Assembly (NCBI GenBank): GCA_000388065.2
Contig: KB932202.1
Reading direction: 5' to 3' (one strand)
Length of the DNA: 64,000 nt
Source: Fonticula alba ATCC 38817
Lineage: Eukaryota; Protista; Nucleariida
Shown: piece after piece, positions 24,166 through 37,138 of the stretch
How the letters are laid out: every line of letters starts with the position of its first letter
How positions within the stretch are numbered: position 1 is the first letter of the stretch
The notes under the pieces: generated by a model
What the model saw: the letters and a program-made list of their open reading frames with translations, nothing else
Databases searched by the model: none
Told to the model about the DNA's origin: nothing
Program-made: the position numbers and the translations under genes

Positions 24166-25651
24166 TCCACCCTTGCCAGGATGAGTCGCACTTGATCAAA
24201 AACAACAATGCCAAACGGACTCGCGCCATACTGAACCTGGCTTCTCGGGCATCCCGGTGCATCCTCCTTTCGGGCACCCCTTCGGAGAGTGGTCCATGGG
24301 AGCTCTTTTCCCAGCTCCAAGCGTTGCACCCGCACATCGGCCGCAGCCAGCAGCTCTTCTTGGACCGGTACTGCATCCCGCACAAGGCCTACATGGGCAA
24401 GGTGTCATATCGCGGAGTGCGCCACGGCGATGAGTTGTCCGGCCTGCTGCGGCGGCTGGGCCTCATTCGCCGCTTCAAGTCGCACATTCTGCATGAGCTC
24501 CCTCCAAAGACTCGGCACAAGGTATATCAGATTATGCAGGCATATCAGTTCCCCCCCCCCCCTCCACCACCACCACCACCACCACACACACACACTCTTC
24601 TATATGTGTACATACGCGCACGTAATGATGTGCAGATTTGCCTGCTGGTTTGTCGCCGGCCTGTCTGAGAGCACCCTCGCGCTACCTTTCTAACACCTTG
24701 GAGCTGCTTTTTATCCCCCGATGGCCCCTCCCGTGTATGTCCAGATCTTCGTTGACTGTTCTTCCCTGACGGCCGAAGAGTTGGACAGGCTCCTGGAATC
24801 CGATAGCACTAGGTCCTCCTCCAAAAGTGCCGGTATGTGGCTTTCCCCAAGGGCCGCTGTCCCCATCCTCGCGTCTTTTTCCGGTTGTTTTCCCCCGCCC
24901 CCCCCCCTTTCTCGCTCTCACCGATTATCCCTCTGGTACATGCATACGCTGCTCCCGCTAGGCAAACCCCCGCCTCGGTCCTCCTCCGATGAGCTGTCTC
25001 CCGAGCAAATGCGCCTCTGGCGTGAGACCGCCTTCCGAAAGGTAGCCCTCCTTCTCTTCTTCTCCTCTCCCCGTCCGTGCACACATGCTCCTCTCCTCAT
25101 CTGTTGGATCTAACGGCCTTCTCTGTGTCCGCGTGCTTCGCTGCTGGTCTGGCTCGTGGGTCTTGCTCCTGGCGAAGCTTGATGGCATGAAGCGCCACAT
25201 GACTCGACTCTTCCAGCAGTCCGAGCCGTCCTTCAAGCTGGTCCTCTTTGCATTTCAAATTAAAATCCTTGCCGCCTTCAAGATCCACACGTCCGAGGTA
25301 CTGGGACTGGATTACATCCACATTGACGGCGCCACGCCAAATGACCGGCGCACGGAGTATGTCAATCGCTTCCAGCATGATCCCAACTGCCGGGTGGCCC
25401 TCCTGAGTATTACGGCTGCCAATGCCGGGATCACTCTCCATGCATCAAGCCATGTGGCCTTTGCCGAGCTCTACTGGAACCCGGGTGTCCTGCTGCAGGC
25501 GGAGGATCGCTGCCACCGAATTGGACAGACACGCCCGGTTCGGGTGGAATACTGGCTGGGCAGCGGCTCATTTGACGATCAGCTGTGGTGCGCACCAGTG
25601 CTTTGGTCATGTCTCAGGCGTACCTGCCCATGCCGGCCTCGAACATCCAAG

Positions 25652-25694
<43 letters not shown>

Positions 25695-26385
25695 GGGCAA
25701 CACCCTGTCTTTCACATCACTAACTCACGATGACCATTTACTAATGTCCCTGTGGTTCTTTCTCTGGGGGGGGGGGGGCGAATGGGGGCTGAATAGGGTG
25801 AAGGTCAATCGCAAACTGCAGATGCTGTCCAAGACCGGCGTTGGGCTCAGCGATGGCCAAACACAACTGCAGGTGGATGGCACTCGGCACTCGGCACAGC
25901 GTCAATTGCGAAGTGGCCGCTCGCCGCCCCGCGCGCCAGGGAGTGGCGCACACAGCAAATCCTCCTCCGATGTTATGATGACCTTCCTGTCGTCAACAAA
26001 GGCGTCCAGGGACTCGGAAACGGAGCCGGGTCTGGTGGGAACCCGGCACGAAGAGGATTCCCCGGCGGACGGTCCCGGCCTGCCATTCGTCCATCGGGCT
26101 GGCTCCCTCATCCAGCAGACATACCAAGCGGATGGCGATTTTCAATCGCAGCCGATGCATGGTCCCATCCGAAGTTTGGAGGCCGCCTCGAGGACCGGCT
26201 CGTGCGCGGTGCTGGAGGGCCTCGTTCGCCAGCTGGACGGGCTGGAGGCCGAGCTGGAGAGTGCCTTTGCGGAAGATTCACCATCTGGCACCCCATGCGA
26301 TGGATCACCGGATGCTGGGATAGACCGGCGCCCGGCTGATCTCGATGAAGCACGTGTCCACAAGAAACCACGCGCAAGTGACTAA
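22121..26385 (+). CDS. SMARCAL1: SNF2-family annealing helicase SMARCAL1/HARP (exons 22121-22162, 22242-22740, 22833-23022, 23221-23304, 23441-23508, 23591-23673, 23798-23974, 24180-24521, 24745-24832, 24962-25041, 25178-25587, 25797-26385)
   Basis: LYPFQRDSV, GRVLIADEMGLGKTIQA (Walker A), EWPLLIV, DESH, LLSGTP, IHIDGAT, VALLSITAANAGITL and FAELYWNPGVLLQAEDRCHRIGQ. A HARP-like segment (RQWSLPNQVYFECVSKLRKIP) lies upstream, and there is no ZRANB3-type C-terminal HNH domain. Confidence 0.88.
24123..24163. repeat. (CA)n microsatellite in a SMARCAL1 intron
   Basis: About 20 CA units; one of many intronic or intergenic CA/TG tracts. Confidence 0.9.
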
Positions 26386-27630
26386 CTTGCCGCCCCCGCC
26401 GCTATTTTTTCCCACCGCGCCATATGTATGCAGGGGTGTTTTTGGCAACACGGGGGCGGGGGGGGGGGGAAATACGATGTTCCTCTTAGTGGGCGGGCAC
26501 ACCTTTGAGCATGGGATGGGCGAGGCCCAAAAGGTCGGCTGGATGGCGGAGGAAGCAAGGGGCGGGCCTAGGGACGGGGGCTGCTCCTACAGGCGCACTG
26601 CTGATCCGCCGCCTCCCCTCAACCCAGACTGGGGCACAACTATGCCCCTCCCCCCAAGTATGCATCCTCGCCGGCGGGGACTGGCGACGGGGGTCGTGGG
26701 GCGGTCTCAACTGAGATCTCCGATCCGTTGGCTGTTCGAGGACGGCAGGTTCGTCATGCCCCCCTCCCAGCCCACTCTTGTTGGCTGAGTGCCGCAGACG
26801 GGGGAGGGGGGGGCCGGTAAGAATGCCCAGCGGACCCACGGGCCCGGGCGCCACCAGGGAAAGGTGCCTCCGCTGGCTTCTGTCCCCTCGCCTCTCGGGG
26901 GGGGGGGGGGGGGGGCGGCGGGGGGCCGGGGGGGGGGGGGGGGGGGGCGGGGGCGGGGGCGGGCCAAGGATCGGCCGCTTCGCAGCGCCCTGTGCGAGAG
27001 AGGGGCAGCTGGCGCGAGAAGACACACTAGGCCCCCCCCCCGCCCCTGCCGTGCCGGCCCCGGGGGCAGACGGGCCGACTTGCCGTGCGCGCCTCTCGGG
27101 GGGGGGGGGGGGGTGTCTGCCCGCGCCGTCGGTGTTACACGCGCGGGATGCCGGGGGTGCGCGCCCGNNNNNNNNNNNNNNNNNNNNNNNNNNNNNNCCG
27201 ACTCGACCTTTTCTGCGGACCTGCGGAGAAATATTTTTCTGGGCCCGCCGTGTTCCCCGCCCGCCCACTCGGCCTCGCTCCCCGGCACACGGTTCTCGGC
27301 CTATGGGGGCCGAGCTGCTCTCACCAAACAAGGTGGCCCCCACGATCAGCCTGCTGCCAAGTGGGGGGGGGGGGGGAGCGTAATCAGAGCAGGGCCAGGC
27401 CGCCCGCACAGGCAGGCATCATCAAAAGCTGCCGCCCTCATCGAGGGCCAGCCATGCCAGCCGCCTACTGTCCCCCTCTCCTCTCTGCCTTTGCTTGTGC
27501 TCCTTCTTCTCCTCCCTCCTCGCACGCACCGGACATCGAAAAGCCCTCCTTCCTCTTCTCCCAGGCCCCCCTCTCCCTCCCCTTGGCTCCTGCGCGCAGC
27601 GTACGGTGCCCGGGTCCTGCCCCTGGCGAA

Positions 27631-28288
27631 ATGACACAGGATAATCGCTCCCTGCCGCCCGGTCGCCATGCCCTCCCTCCCAACAGCGCGGCTCCCTTGA
27701 ATGATCTCTCCCTCAATTTTGTGCGTCCCTTTTCCCCCCGCCCCTGCCCGCCGGGCGTTCACCATTTGGCTCCCGTGCTAACCCCCTGGCCTTGGACTTC
27801 CTGTTCTCTTCTTTCCTCCCCGGTCCTCCTCTCCCGCCCGCTCCTCATGTCCCACCCCCCCCCCCCCGACCACCTAGACTCAGAACTACATTCCACACCA
27901 TCTGCAAGGGGGCCAACAGGAATTCCCCGCCGAACGCTCCCTTGCCCCTGGCAGTGCGTCTCTCGCCCCGCCCGCCCGCCCCTCCCTTCCCTTCCCTCTG
28001 CGCTTCTGTCGCTCCGACTCACATCCCAGATCAGACTTTCCCTCCCAGGGTGGCCTGCCGTATAACCAGTTCTCCGATGCCGGGCCCCAGCACCTGAACC
28101 CCGGGGTATGGACCCCCCATCCGCCGAAGGCCTCTCTGGCTCAGGAGTCCGGGCATCACCAGCACCACAGCCGTTTCTTGCAGACGACCACCCGCCCGCG
28201 CGATGCCCATGATGCCCATGCTCAGCACCTGTCCAAGGAGGCTGTCTACCAGGGTTCCTTTCAGCAACATCCGCAGCAGCAGCAACAT

Positions 28289-28320
<32 letters not shown>

Positions 28321-28888
28321 CCAGCAGTCCCATCAATATCAGCTGGAGCAGCTGTACCAGCAGTCGCAGGCTGGCGGATTGCCGGGCCACCAGCACGGTC
28401 TGTCCCTGCCGCCGGCCATGCAATCGCGCCAGCAGCTCATCGACGCATCGCAGGCCCACCTCTTGGACGCCCTGCAGAGGCAAGTGCGCCAGCCAGGTAC
28501 AGTCTCGAGTCTCCTTTGTGGGTCTTCTTTTCTCCCCCGGTGTCGGCCTGGGAGCTGACCTTAGCATGCACCATCTCCCGGTCCCTTGCCAGTGGATGAG
28601 TCCCAGTTTGTGGATTCTCACCTGCGTTTGGAGCAGTACCCTGCTCCTGGAAGCGATGCCGCCGCACACCATGGGGCGTACTTTGAGGGGCAGTTTGCCG
28701 GCCGGCCTGGCACTTCGCTTGGCCTTCCTCCTCAGCAGCAGCTGCCAACCTCCTCGCCCCCAGGCTACGCGTCTGGTGCTTCGTCACAGCAGTCTCCAGC
28801 CTCTGGGCCGAGGGCTCACTCCTCCAGCCCGGCAAGCCTCCTCCCCCAGGATTCGATGACTCCGACCGGCATTCACACCGGCTTGAAT

Positions 28889-28929
<41 letters not shown>

Positions 28930-29298
28930 CCATCAGTCACACTCGTACATGCCACTCACCGGGCTCCAAGCTGTTTCGACGTTGGCCAGCCAACAAAAGA
29001 CCGATGGTGCCATCGATTTGACGGCATTCCCCCCGGGCTTGACGCAACAGCTCTACCATCAAACCCAGCAGCTCTCGCAGTATCAGCACCAGCAGCCTAC
29101 GTCTGTTGCCACGCGTGGTGGGGAGATCTATGTGCAGGAGCACGAACAGTATACCCTGCCCGGGAATGGGTCCTCTGCCCCAACCGGGGCCATGCACCTT
29201 GGTGAGCGGTCCCATCAGCAGCTACATCAACTGGCCTCCGATGAGCACTTCCACCACCAGCAGCAGCAGCAGCAGCAGCAGCAACACCATGCCCACCA

Positions 29299-29329
<31 letters not shown>

Positions 29330-29358
29330 TATCAGACGCAATATTCCCAGCCACCACC

Positions 29359-29394
<36 letters not shown>

Positions 29395-32300
29395 ACCGCC
29401 GCAGTCGCAGTATCGTCAGCAGCAGTATCAGTCGCAGACAGCCGATCATCCCTCCTCCCATGAGCAGGCAGGGCGACAGCGCCCGCCCAATCGGACAACG
29501 GCCCCGCAGCATGAGCCCCGACTTGCAACTCCCTCCGCTCCCTCGGATCCGGCCTTGGCCCGACTAGCTGATGATCCGGGCGCAGGCTACGGCATGCCAT
29601 CACGCCATCATGCCTCTCAGGGTGATCGCCGGCCATCGGGCCCGGCGTCGGTGTCGGCGCACGGGGCCCAGAAGGCCTCCCTCCGCGCAGGTCTCGGAAC
29701 GGCTCGGACTGATGTGGCACTGGCCGCAGCAGCGGCCGCTGCCATTTCCTCTGCGTTGTCCAGCACGCCGGCAAACTCGGCCCCGACACCTGGCGATACC
29801 GGCCCCATGCATGCAGGTCGGTCGAACTTTGTCTTCAATGGCTCCTTCAGCCCGATGGCCTTGCTGGGTCCGGAAGCTGGTCGCGCATACCTCCGGCGAA
29901 GCCAGGCTAACCGAGCGGGCGCCAAGCAAAGGCCCCCCCTTTCGCCTGCGACCACCACCGGCAATACACCCGTGGCCGCCGGCACCGGTGTCGCCGCCGG
30001 CGCCCCGGCTGAGGGGGACGCTGCCGAGGGGCCCGGTCCGGCTGAGGGCCCGGAGGAGCGCCTGCCATCTTTGGGGTCTGCCGATTCGCTCACTGGACCC
30101 GGCAGCCCTTTGTCTCCGGCCTGTCGGAAGCGCATGCTGGATTCGGTGTATGCCTATCTTCGGCACCCGGCGCGGACCGAGCGCTCGGTGATTATCATGT
30201 CGGCGCGTGTGGCACAAAAGTCCTATGGCTCGGAGAAGCGCTTCCTCTGCCCGCCGCCGTTGGTTTTGCTCCGTGGCTCGGCATGGGCGAGCACCTCGGC
30301 GAGTGGGGGGGCCACTGGGGCTGAGGTGGCCAGTGCGGCCAGCCTGCCGGCCGGCACCTCCTCCGACTTGACTCCGGTGAGTGGCCTGGTGGCTGGGCCC
30401 CTGCGCAGTGGACAGTTCGTGGACACCCAGCAGTCCAGCTTGCCGTTGATTTCGATTGCCTTCGACGAGCAGCAGACCGCCGGCGAGTCGGGCGTCGCCT
30501 CATCGCCGCCATCCGCCAATGGTGGCGCCGGCTCGGGCGACTGGCCAGACGCCGGTGCCAGCACTCTAGCTCTGTCGAGCCCGTCGGCCCTCGGGACCAC
30601 TTCCTCCTTCCTGCATATCCACCGGCAAATAGCGGACACCTGTGGGCGGTCGGCCTTCCGATCGCTCTTTGTCAGTGACACCGATCGGCGAAAGCATGTC
30701 TGCCTGCACACCCGGGTGTGCACTTCAACTGGACGCGAGCTCGGTGTCTTCCGGAGCCGGCCACTCAAGGTCATCTCCAAGCCCTCGAAGAAGCGTCAGG
30801 GCGACCGGAATGTTGAGCGTATGTCGGGTCTCCCTCTCCTTCTGTCTGTGTCTTTCCCTCTGTTTGCACCTGGCTGGCTCCTCTTCGACTGGCTGGGTTG
30901 CATTGTTGGGTCTCTCCTTTCTTTTTTCTTTTTTTGCATCGTCCTCTGACACCCCCCCTTGCCTGGCATGGTATTTCCCCCCCCCCCCCCCCCCCCCACC
31001 CGACCTCGCTGCAGTCTGCATCACTTCCGGCATGAATGTGGCCCTCTTCAATCGCCTGCGATCGCAAACCGTCAGTACCAAGTACCTGGCCACCGATCAG
31101 CGCCGGTTCGTCGGACACACCCATCTGTGGGAAGAGTTTACGATTGTTGCCGTCGGGCCCAATGGTCGAGAGAGGCCCATTTCGCGTGCGTCCTTTCGAG
31201 CTGGGGACTTTCGCCATTTCACGCTGGAGTCTGCTGCATGCACATATGTCCGAGGGTTTCTCCCCTTTCGTTTCTCCTCACATTCCGTGGCCCGCCCGAA
31301 ATGGAACCTTCCATTGTCTCTGTGCTCCTGCCTGTCATCCTGCCCTTCTCCACGATGGTACCTCGATGCATGTGCATTCAGGCAATGCCCCGACCGATGA
31401 GCAATTCCTGCAGTATGGAATGGATGTGGTCCTGCGCTCGGTCCAAGACCCGTCAATCGTGTCTCCGGTGCTGGTTATCCGCAAGGTCGAGCGCTCGCAG
31501 GCCATCATCACCCCCCCACAAACCACCTTCACCGATGACGCCGGATCCAATTCCCCGGATGTCCCGGTGTCACAGCTTCACAAGGTGGCCTTCCAGCTGC
31601 GCGATCAGCCGGGAGCCTACCTGGCCCTTGTGGAGGATGAGATTGCCATCTCGCATGCGACCAATCGGTGTGTCCTTCCGCCAACCATCCCGTCGGCGTC
31701 GGCGGCCGCGGCGGCCGCCGTCGGTGGCAAGGGGGCCGGCGAAAAGACCACCGGCGGCCGTGGCCGCGGCCGTGGAGTCAAGGCTGCCGCTGCTGCTGCT
31801 GCTGCTCCGATCATTGTCTCCCCGGACATCGACGTCCTGGTCTCACCCAGTGCCCAACTGGAGGGCGAGACCATTGCCGACTCAGCCGCCTGGACCATCG
31901 TTGGCACTGGTGCGTGTGGTGCTATGGCCACAGCGGCGGAGGGGGCGGGGGGCGGGGGGGGGGGTAGGGTAGGGCCACTCTCTCGTTTCTTTTCCGCCGC
32001 TTTGCCTTTGCCGACACCATCCCACTCATGGCATCACCTTAACCCCTCCTGTTCCTCTTTCCCCCTGCCCGGCTGCTCGTGTGTGTGTGTGTGTGTGCTG
32101 CCGCATCCAGAGCGCATCCAGTACAACTTCCACTTCCACCATTCACCGCCGATGAATGTCCCTGCCACCAATGCGGCGTCCATCATTCCCGTGTTGGACT
32201 CCATCCGGCTGCAGAATCTTCACTTCTTGGAGCTCCATGGTGATTACTTCACCGAGGATCTGCATGTCTTCTTCGGCCCGGTCCCTGCGGTTCTGTCGCG

Positions 32301-32790
32301 CTACCGGTGTGCCAATCTGCTGGTGTGCATTCCGCCCTCCTTTGAAGATGCGCTGGCGGCTTGTCGCCGAGCACAGGAGGTCGGCGTCACGGATTGGTCC
32401 TCCTCCTCGGCTCCCTCTTGCAATGATCCCTTCCGGTCGGCATCGCTGTTGATGGCTCCGGCCAAGCCGCCGCTCTTTGATCTGGCCAATCGCCATCATT
32501 TTGAGCCCTCCGGTGCCAAGGGACCCGGCGGGCTGACCTTGCCGATTCTCCTCCTGCGGAACTCGGACCAGGCCATCTTCAACACCGGGGTCATGATGAA
32601 CCTCGAGGTGGGCTTGATGCAGATCTTCCCGGCCACCGGGCATCCGGCGGGCTCGGCAGCGACCGGGGCCCTGGCCGACATTTCGGCCGATGGCAGCGTT
32701 GGCGCCGGCCCGGCCAGCTGCATGCCGGGCATTGGTGATGCCGGCCCGGAGCTCAATATTCCAGTGGTCCTGCCGCCCCAGACAGGCTGA
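27631..32790 (+). CDS. RBPJ: CSL (RBPJ/Su(H)/LAG-1) transcription factor with a long polyQ N-terminus (firm exons: about 28030-28496, 28593-30818, 31015-31185, 31382-31909, 32111-32790; tentative exons 27631-27661 and 27878-27953)
   Basis: SARVAQKSYGSEKRFLCPPP, LFVSDTDRRKH, VISKPSKKRQ, LCITSGMNVALFNRLRSQTVSTKYL, PVLVIRKVER, VSQLHKVAFQ, IADSAAWTIVGT, then an IPT-like C-terminal domain (LELHGDYFTEDLHVFFG). The first two exons are uncertain. Confidence 0.93.
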
Positions 32791-33731
32791 CAAAATGCCC
32801 AGTCGGGGGTGTCGGAAAATGTAAACTCTTCTCTGCTTTCCGAGAGTGCCGGCGTTGCTCTCTTTTTTTTTTCCTCTCCTTCTTTCTCCCCCCCCCCGCC
32901 TACCACACTGGACTGGGGGAGGGTTTGCCAAACTCGCTGAGAGGGCCGACAGAGGGGGCCCCTCCTCCCTCCCCCTCCCGCAGGTGAGGGAGGGGGAAGA
33001 TCCGCGCCGAGATAGGTGCCAACGCATATGATGTCCTCATGGGGCAGATCGTGCCCGCGCTGTCTTCGGATCTGCGGGGGGGGGGAGAGGAAGCGAAGAT
33101 GTNNNNNNNNNNNNNNNNNNNNNNNNNNNNNNNNNNNNNNNNNNNNNNGGGGGGGGGGGGTTTTCTGGACCTGTGATGAAAGCCAGTTGACAAAATCGCC
33201 ATTGCCTCGGTGTCTTCCTCTCCCCTTCTCCCAACATACACGCGCACACATATACATCATACACATATACACATACATACGTGCACATGAGGGTATCCAC
33301 ATGCATGAACACCGGGATTCAAGCAGCCCGGGCGAGGGTGGCCATTGGCCAGGCTGCCCGGATCTCATCCACCTTGGCAACCTCCACGGCATCAGTCGCC
33401 TCGGATTCCTCGCCCACCCGCAGCCAGTGTGCTGCAGACCCCCAATGGCCCGTGATTGAGAGCGCACGCTCTCAGCCGGTGCATCTGATGGATGGGCAAA
33501 ATCGCCGCGGTGCGCTTCTTCGGGCCGGGAAAATGATGCTGCCTGTGTGGGGGGGCCTCCTCTCTTACCCCATTGCTTGCCTCCTTCTCCCCCCCCCCCC
33601 CTCTTGAACCCACCACCCGCCGACTTTCCTTTGTGTTGGGGCAAACGCACATGGGCTCCTGTGCCCATGTGTGCGCCTGTCCACCTGGGGCCCATGCTGT
33701 CGGGCACAACCGTGAACACATCCACCCACAG

Positions 33732-35169
33732 TCATCCTCGGAGTGTCGGGCGGTGTTGATTCGGCCGTCTCGGCTCTCATTCTCAAGGAGAGAGTGCGTT
33801 TGTCTGCGGTCCCTGGACCTTCTTTTTGTCTCCTCGGTCACAGCATGCTCATCCATCTGACGCGGCCAATCCTGATGACATTTTCATGCACAGGGCTTCC
33901 AAGTGGAGGCGGCATTCATGCGAAACTGGGACAGCTCCACCGAAGCTGATACCCAAGGGCCCTGCCCGCTGGACAAGGACCGCGAGGATGCACGCGAAGT
34001 TTGTCGGCTGTTGGATATTCCCTTCCATGAGGTGCGCTCATCGCTGTCTGGCTGGGGCTTTGGCCCACGCCTCGGCCTCGACATCAGTGGCCTCTGCGAT
34101 ACTTGACAAACGGATGCACCGCATATGTGTCCCTCTTCCCCCATCACCCGACCACCCTCTAACGCACCTCTTCCTTGCTCCTGAAGGTCGACTTTGTGAA
34201 GGAGTATTGGCTGGATGTCTTTCAGCAGTTCCTGGACGGCTATGCGGCAGGCATCACGCCGAATCCGGACATTCTGTGCAACCGGTCAGTCAAGTTCGGC
34301 TCCTTTGCCGACTGGGTATCGCAACACTTCGATGGGGCCATGATTGCAACAGGTGCGTTATCCAGCGTCTTGCATCTTCTCCATCTCCCTCTCTCTCTTG
34401 CTTTCCCCGCCTTGACTTTCGTGCATATGTGCACCTCGTTGCATGTATTCTGACCGCCCTCCGCCTCTCTCTCTCTCCCCCCCCCCCCATCCCGCCCTTT
34501 CAGGCCACTATGCCCAGGTGGCCACAAGTCCCCTTGCCCCGGGTAGCCATTTTTTGGAAAGAGGTGCGCCTTGACCGAGCATTTGTCGACCTCCGCAGGG
34601 GGGGGGGGGGGACCATCTCACCAGTGCATTCCTGACATGCACGTCCCTCTTTCCTCCCATCTAGCTGTCGATCGCCACAAAGACCAGACCTACTTCCTGT
34701 CGGCCATCCAGCCGGGCATCCTGGCTCGGACGCTCTTCCCGGTGGGTGGTTTCCACAAGGCCGAAGTCCGTCGTCTGGCTGCGCTCGCGCATGTCGGCGA
34801 CTACACCGGGCTGCGAGCCGCCCTGGGCCAAGTCACCGCCAGCACCAATGCCGAATATGCTCCAACCGGCCGGAATACCTTCGACCCGAGTGCCTCGCAC
34901 CCAGGATACTTCGGCCCGGGGGCTCACTCGCCCGTGACTGGGAGCCCTGCCTTGCCGGAATCGGTGCTCAACCGCCACGAATCCATGGGGATATGCTTCA
35001 TTGGAAAGCGGGATTTTGCTCCCTTCCTGGGTGCGCAACATGTTGGCCTTTTCCCGATTGCCCCCTCACCATTGCCCGGTGATCTCCATCGGCAGGCCAC
35101 ACCCTGACAAGAGCCCAATCCCTTTTTGCCCCGCCCCCCGTTTGGGACACTCTCCCGCCCCCCTGCCCG

Positions 35170-35231
<62 letters not shown>

Positions 35232-36105
35232 CCCTCCCCCTCATAGAGCAATATCTCGAGCTGAAGCCAGGTCCCTTCTTGGACCTTGAAACCGGCCTGC
35301 CATTGCCCGGCAAACCTCAACATACGGGTGCCGCTGCGTACACGGTTGGCCAATCTGCACGCATTGGTGGCCAACAGAAAAAGTGCGTGTTATGGTGGCA
35401 AGAGCCGGGGGCTGGCGCATTGTCTGAGCCACATCGACATGAGGATGCAATTTGACTGACACACCTTATCCCCTCCTCCTGATGCGGGGAACCGCCGCTC
35501 GCTCTCCCGCGCGTGGCTCTCGGATACAGGTGGTTCGTCGCACGCAAGGACACCCGGACCAACAGCGTGTACTTGGTGCCCGGGCATGACCACCCGCGCT
35601 TGCTGGCCTCATATGTGGAGGTTGATCGGCCCTCGGTGGCAGCCACGCCAGCCACCATCCTGGATGGGCCCCTCCATTGGCTGACTGAGAGACACCATGT
35701 TCCGGGGCTGGGTGCCATAGGTGCGCGTTGCAATGGACTCTCTTCGCCGTGAACCGCCGAGGGTGGAGGCGACCGAGACATCCCTGTCCTCAGAGGGAAT
35801 GGGCAGGCTTTTGGCCACTGACTTCCTGCTCGGGCGTCCTCCTCCATCCATGCCCTCACCCTGATGCCCGGCTTTTGGGGACAACCACAGGCCCCCCCTG
35901 CCACGTATATGCCCAGTATCGCCATGCGATTGGGGCCCAGGTTCCGGCCGCACTTGGCCTTTCCGGATCGGAGTCTCCGGCTCGAGTGGAGTTCAGCCAG
36001 CCGGTGTTTGCGCCGGCTCCGGGGCAGCAGCTGGCGGTCTATTGTCCGGCAAATCGCATTTGCCTTGCCAGCAGTGTCATCGCTCGATTTGGCCAGACAG
36101 ACTGA
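33732..36105 (+). CDS. TRMU: tRNA-specific 2-thiouridylase MnmA/TRMU (Slm3), probably mitochondrial; first exon unresolved (exons 33732-33793, 33894-34031, 34187-34352, 34504-34563, 34665-35030, 35247-35382, 35530-35720, 35891-36105)
   Basis: SGGVDS PP-loop, FMRNWD, TPNPDILCNRSVKFG, IATGHYA, KDQTYFL, ESMGICFIGKRDF, YTVGQ, and C-terminal PGQQLAVY..CLASSVI. Both catalytic Cys are present. Confidence 0.92.
35170..35228. repeat. Poly-C homopolymer (59 nt) just upstream of an intron acceptor in TRMU
   Basis: Direct reading; TCATAG acceptor at 35246. Confidence 0.9.
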
Positions 36106-36465
36106 GAAGAGCCTGTGTCCTGGAAATGAAGGGCACATACTTGATGCATGTGCGCGTACGGGCGTTCATGTGCATGTTGACAAAAAAACGCGTGTGCAAA
36201 AGAGAAAGACCTGTTTCTGATTTATATGATTCATCGATGCCCCCGCAAGCCGAGGGCAGAGACTTTGTGTTTTGGGAGGGAACAATGTCCCGGTGGGGAA
36301 GAGGAGGGGAGGAAGAATGAGCCGCATTGGGCACAGAAGAGCAAGGGAGAGAGAGAGGGGGGGGGGAGAGGAGAGCTGAGGGGTATGTGCCGATTGGGTG
36401 CCGGCACACAGAAGAAGAGGAACGAGAAGGAGCGCGGATACTGCCGGTCAAAGGGGGGCGTCAGC

Positions 36466-37138
36466 TCACCGCTCATAGTTCGGAGACTGGAGGAAGTCAC
36501 CGAGCAGGCGGGACCCGGTCTGGAGGATGGGATGGCCGGCGACAATGTCGAGGAAGCGCTGCAGAGCCTCCTGACGCTCAGAAATCACCTCTTCGCTGAG
36601 GTTGTTGAGGAAGCGCTTCGGCGGCAGGGAGGGGAGCGGCACGCGAGGCTGCTGCTTCAGGAGGTCCGAACGGAACTGCACGAAATCCGAGTACCGCTGT
36701 GCAAGGGGATTGGGGGGAGGGGGACAATGGGCGGAGAGTTAGGCCATGCTTGAGGGCAGAATACGGGGAAGCAAGTGTCCGAACCGGGAGGCCGGAAGCC
36801 GGCGACAGAACAGGAGAAGCCCGGCCGCAGGATAGGCGACAGACAAAGCGGGGGGGGGGGGGGGGGGATGCCCCCATTGACATTGAGCGACGTACCCGGC
36901 GAACAGAGCTCTGCTTCTTGGGGAAGGTGGGAATGTTGGTGCGAACAATGATCTCGTAGGTGACGTGGTTGGCCTTGCCGGCGGAGTCCGGCACGACCAG
37001 CGGGCGAGTCACCTCGATCTCGAGGAAGTTCTCCGGCATGGCGTACGAGGAGTCGTCCGCGCTCATGGCCGCGTACGGCAGGCGAGAAGACTCGGCCCAG
37101 GCGCGGGAGTTGCTCGGCTGGCTGGGAGAAGTGGACAT
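36466..37138 (-). CDS. SNX3: Sorting nexin-3 (PX-domain-only protein; exons 37138-36896, 36696-36466)
   Basis: PENFLEIEV...TYEIIVRTNIPTF..SSVRR|RYSDFVQFR...PSLPPK...ERQEALQRFLDIVAGHPILQTGSRLLGDFLQ; one phase-0 intron. Confidence 0.92.

Noticed and set aside
33010-33470. Possible small minus-strand gene between CSL and TRMU (acceptor near 33073, short ORF near 33320-33470)
   Set aside because: No consistent exon chain or recognisable product, and a gap interrupts it; 33300-33540 could equally be the missing TRMU first exon.
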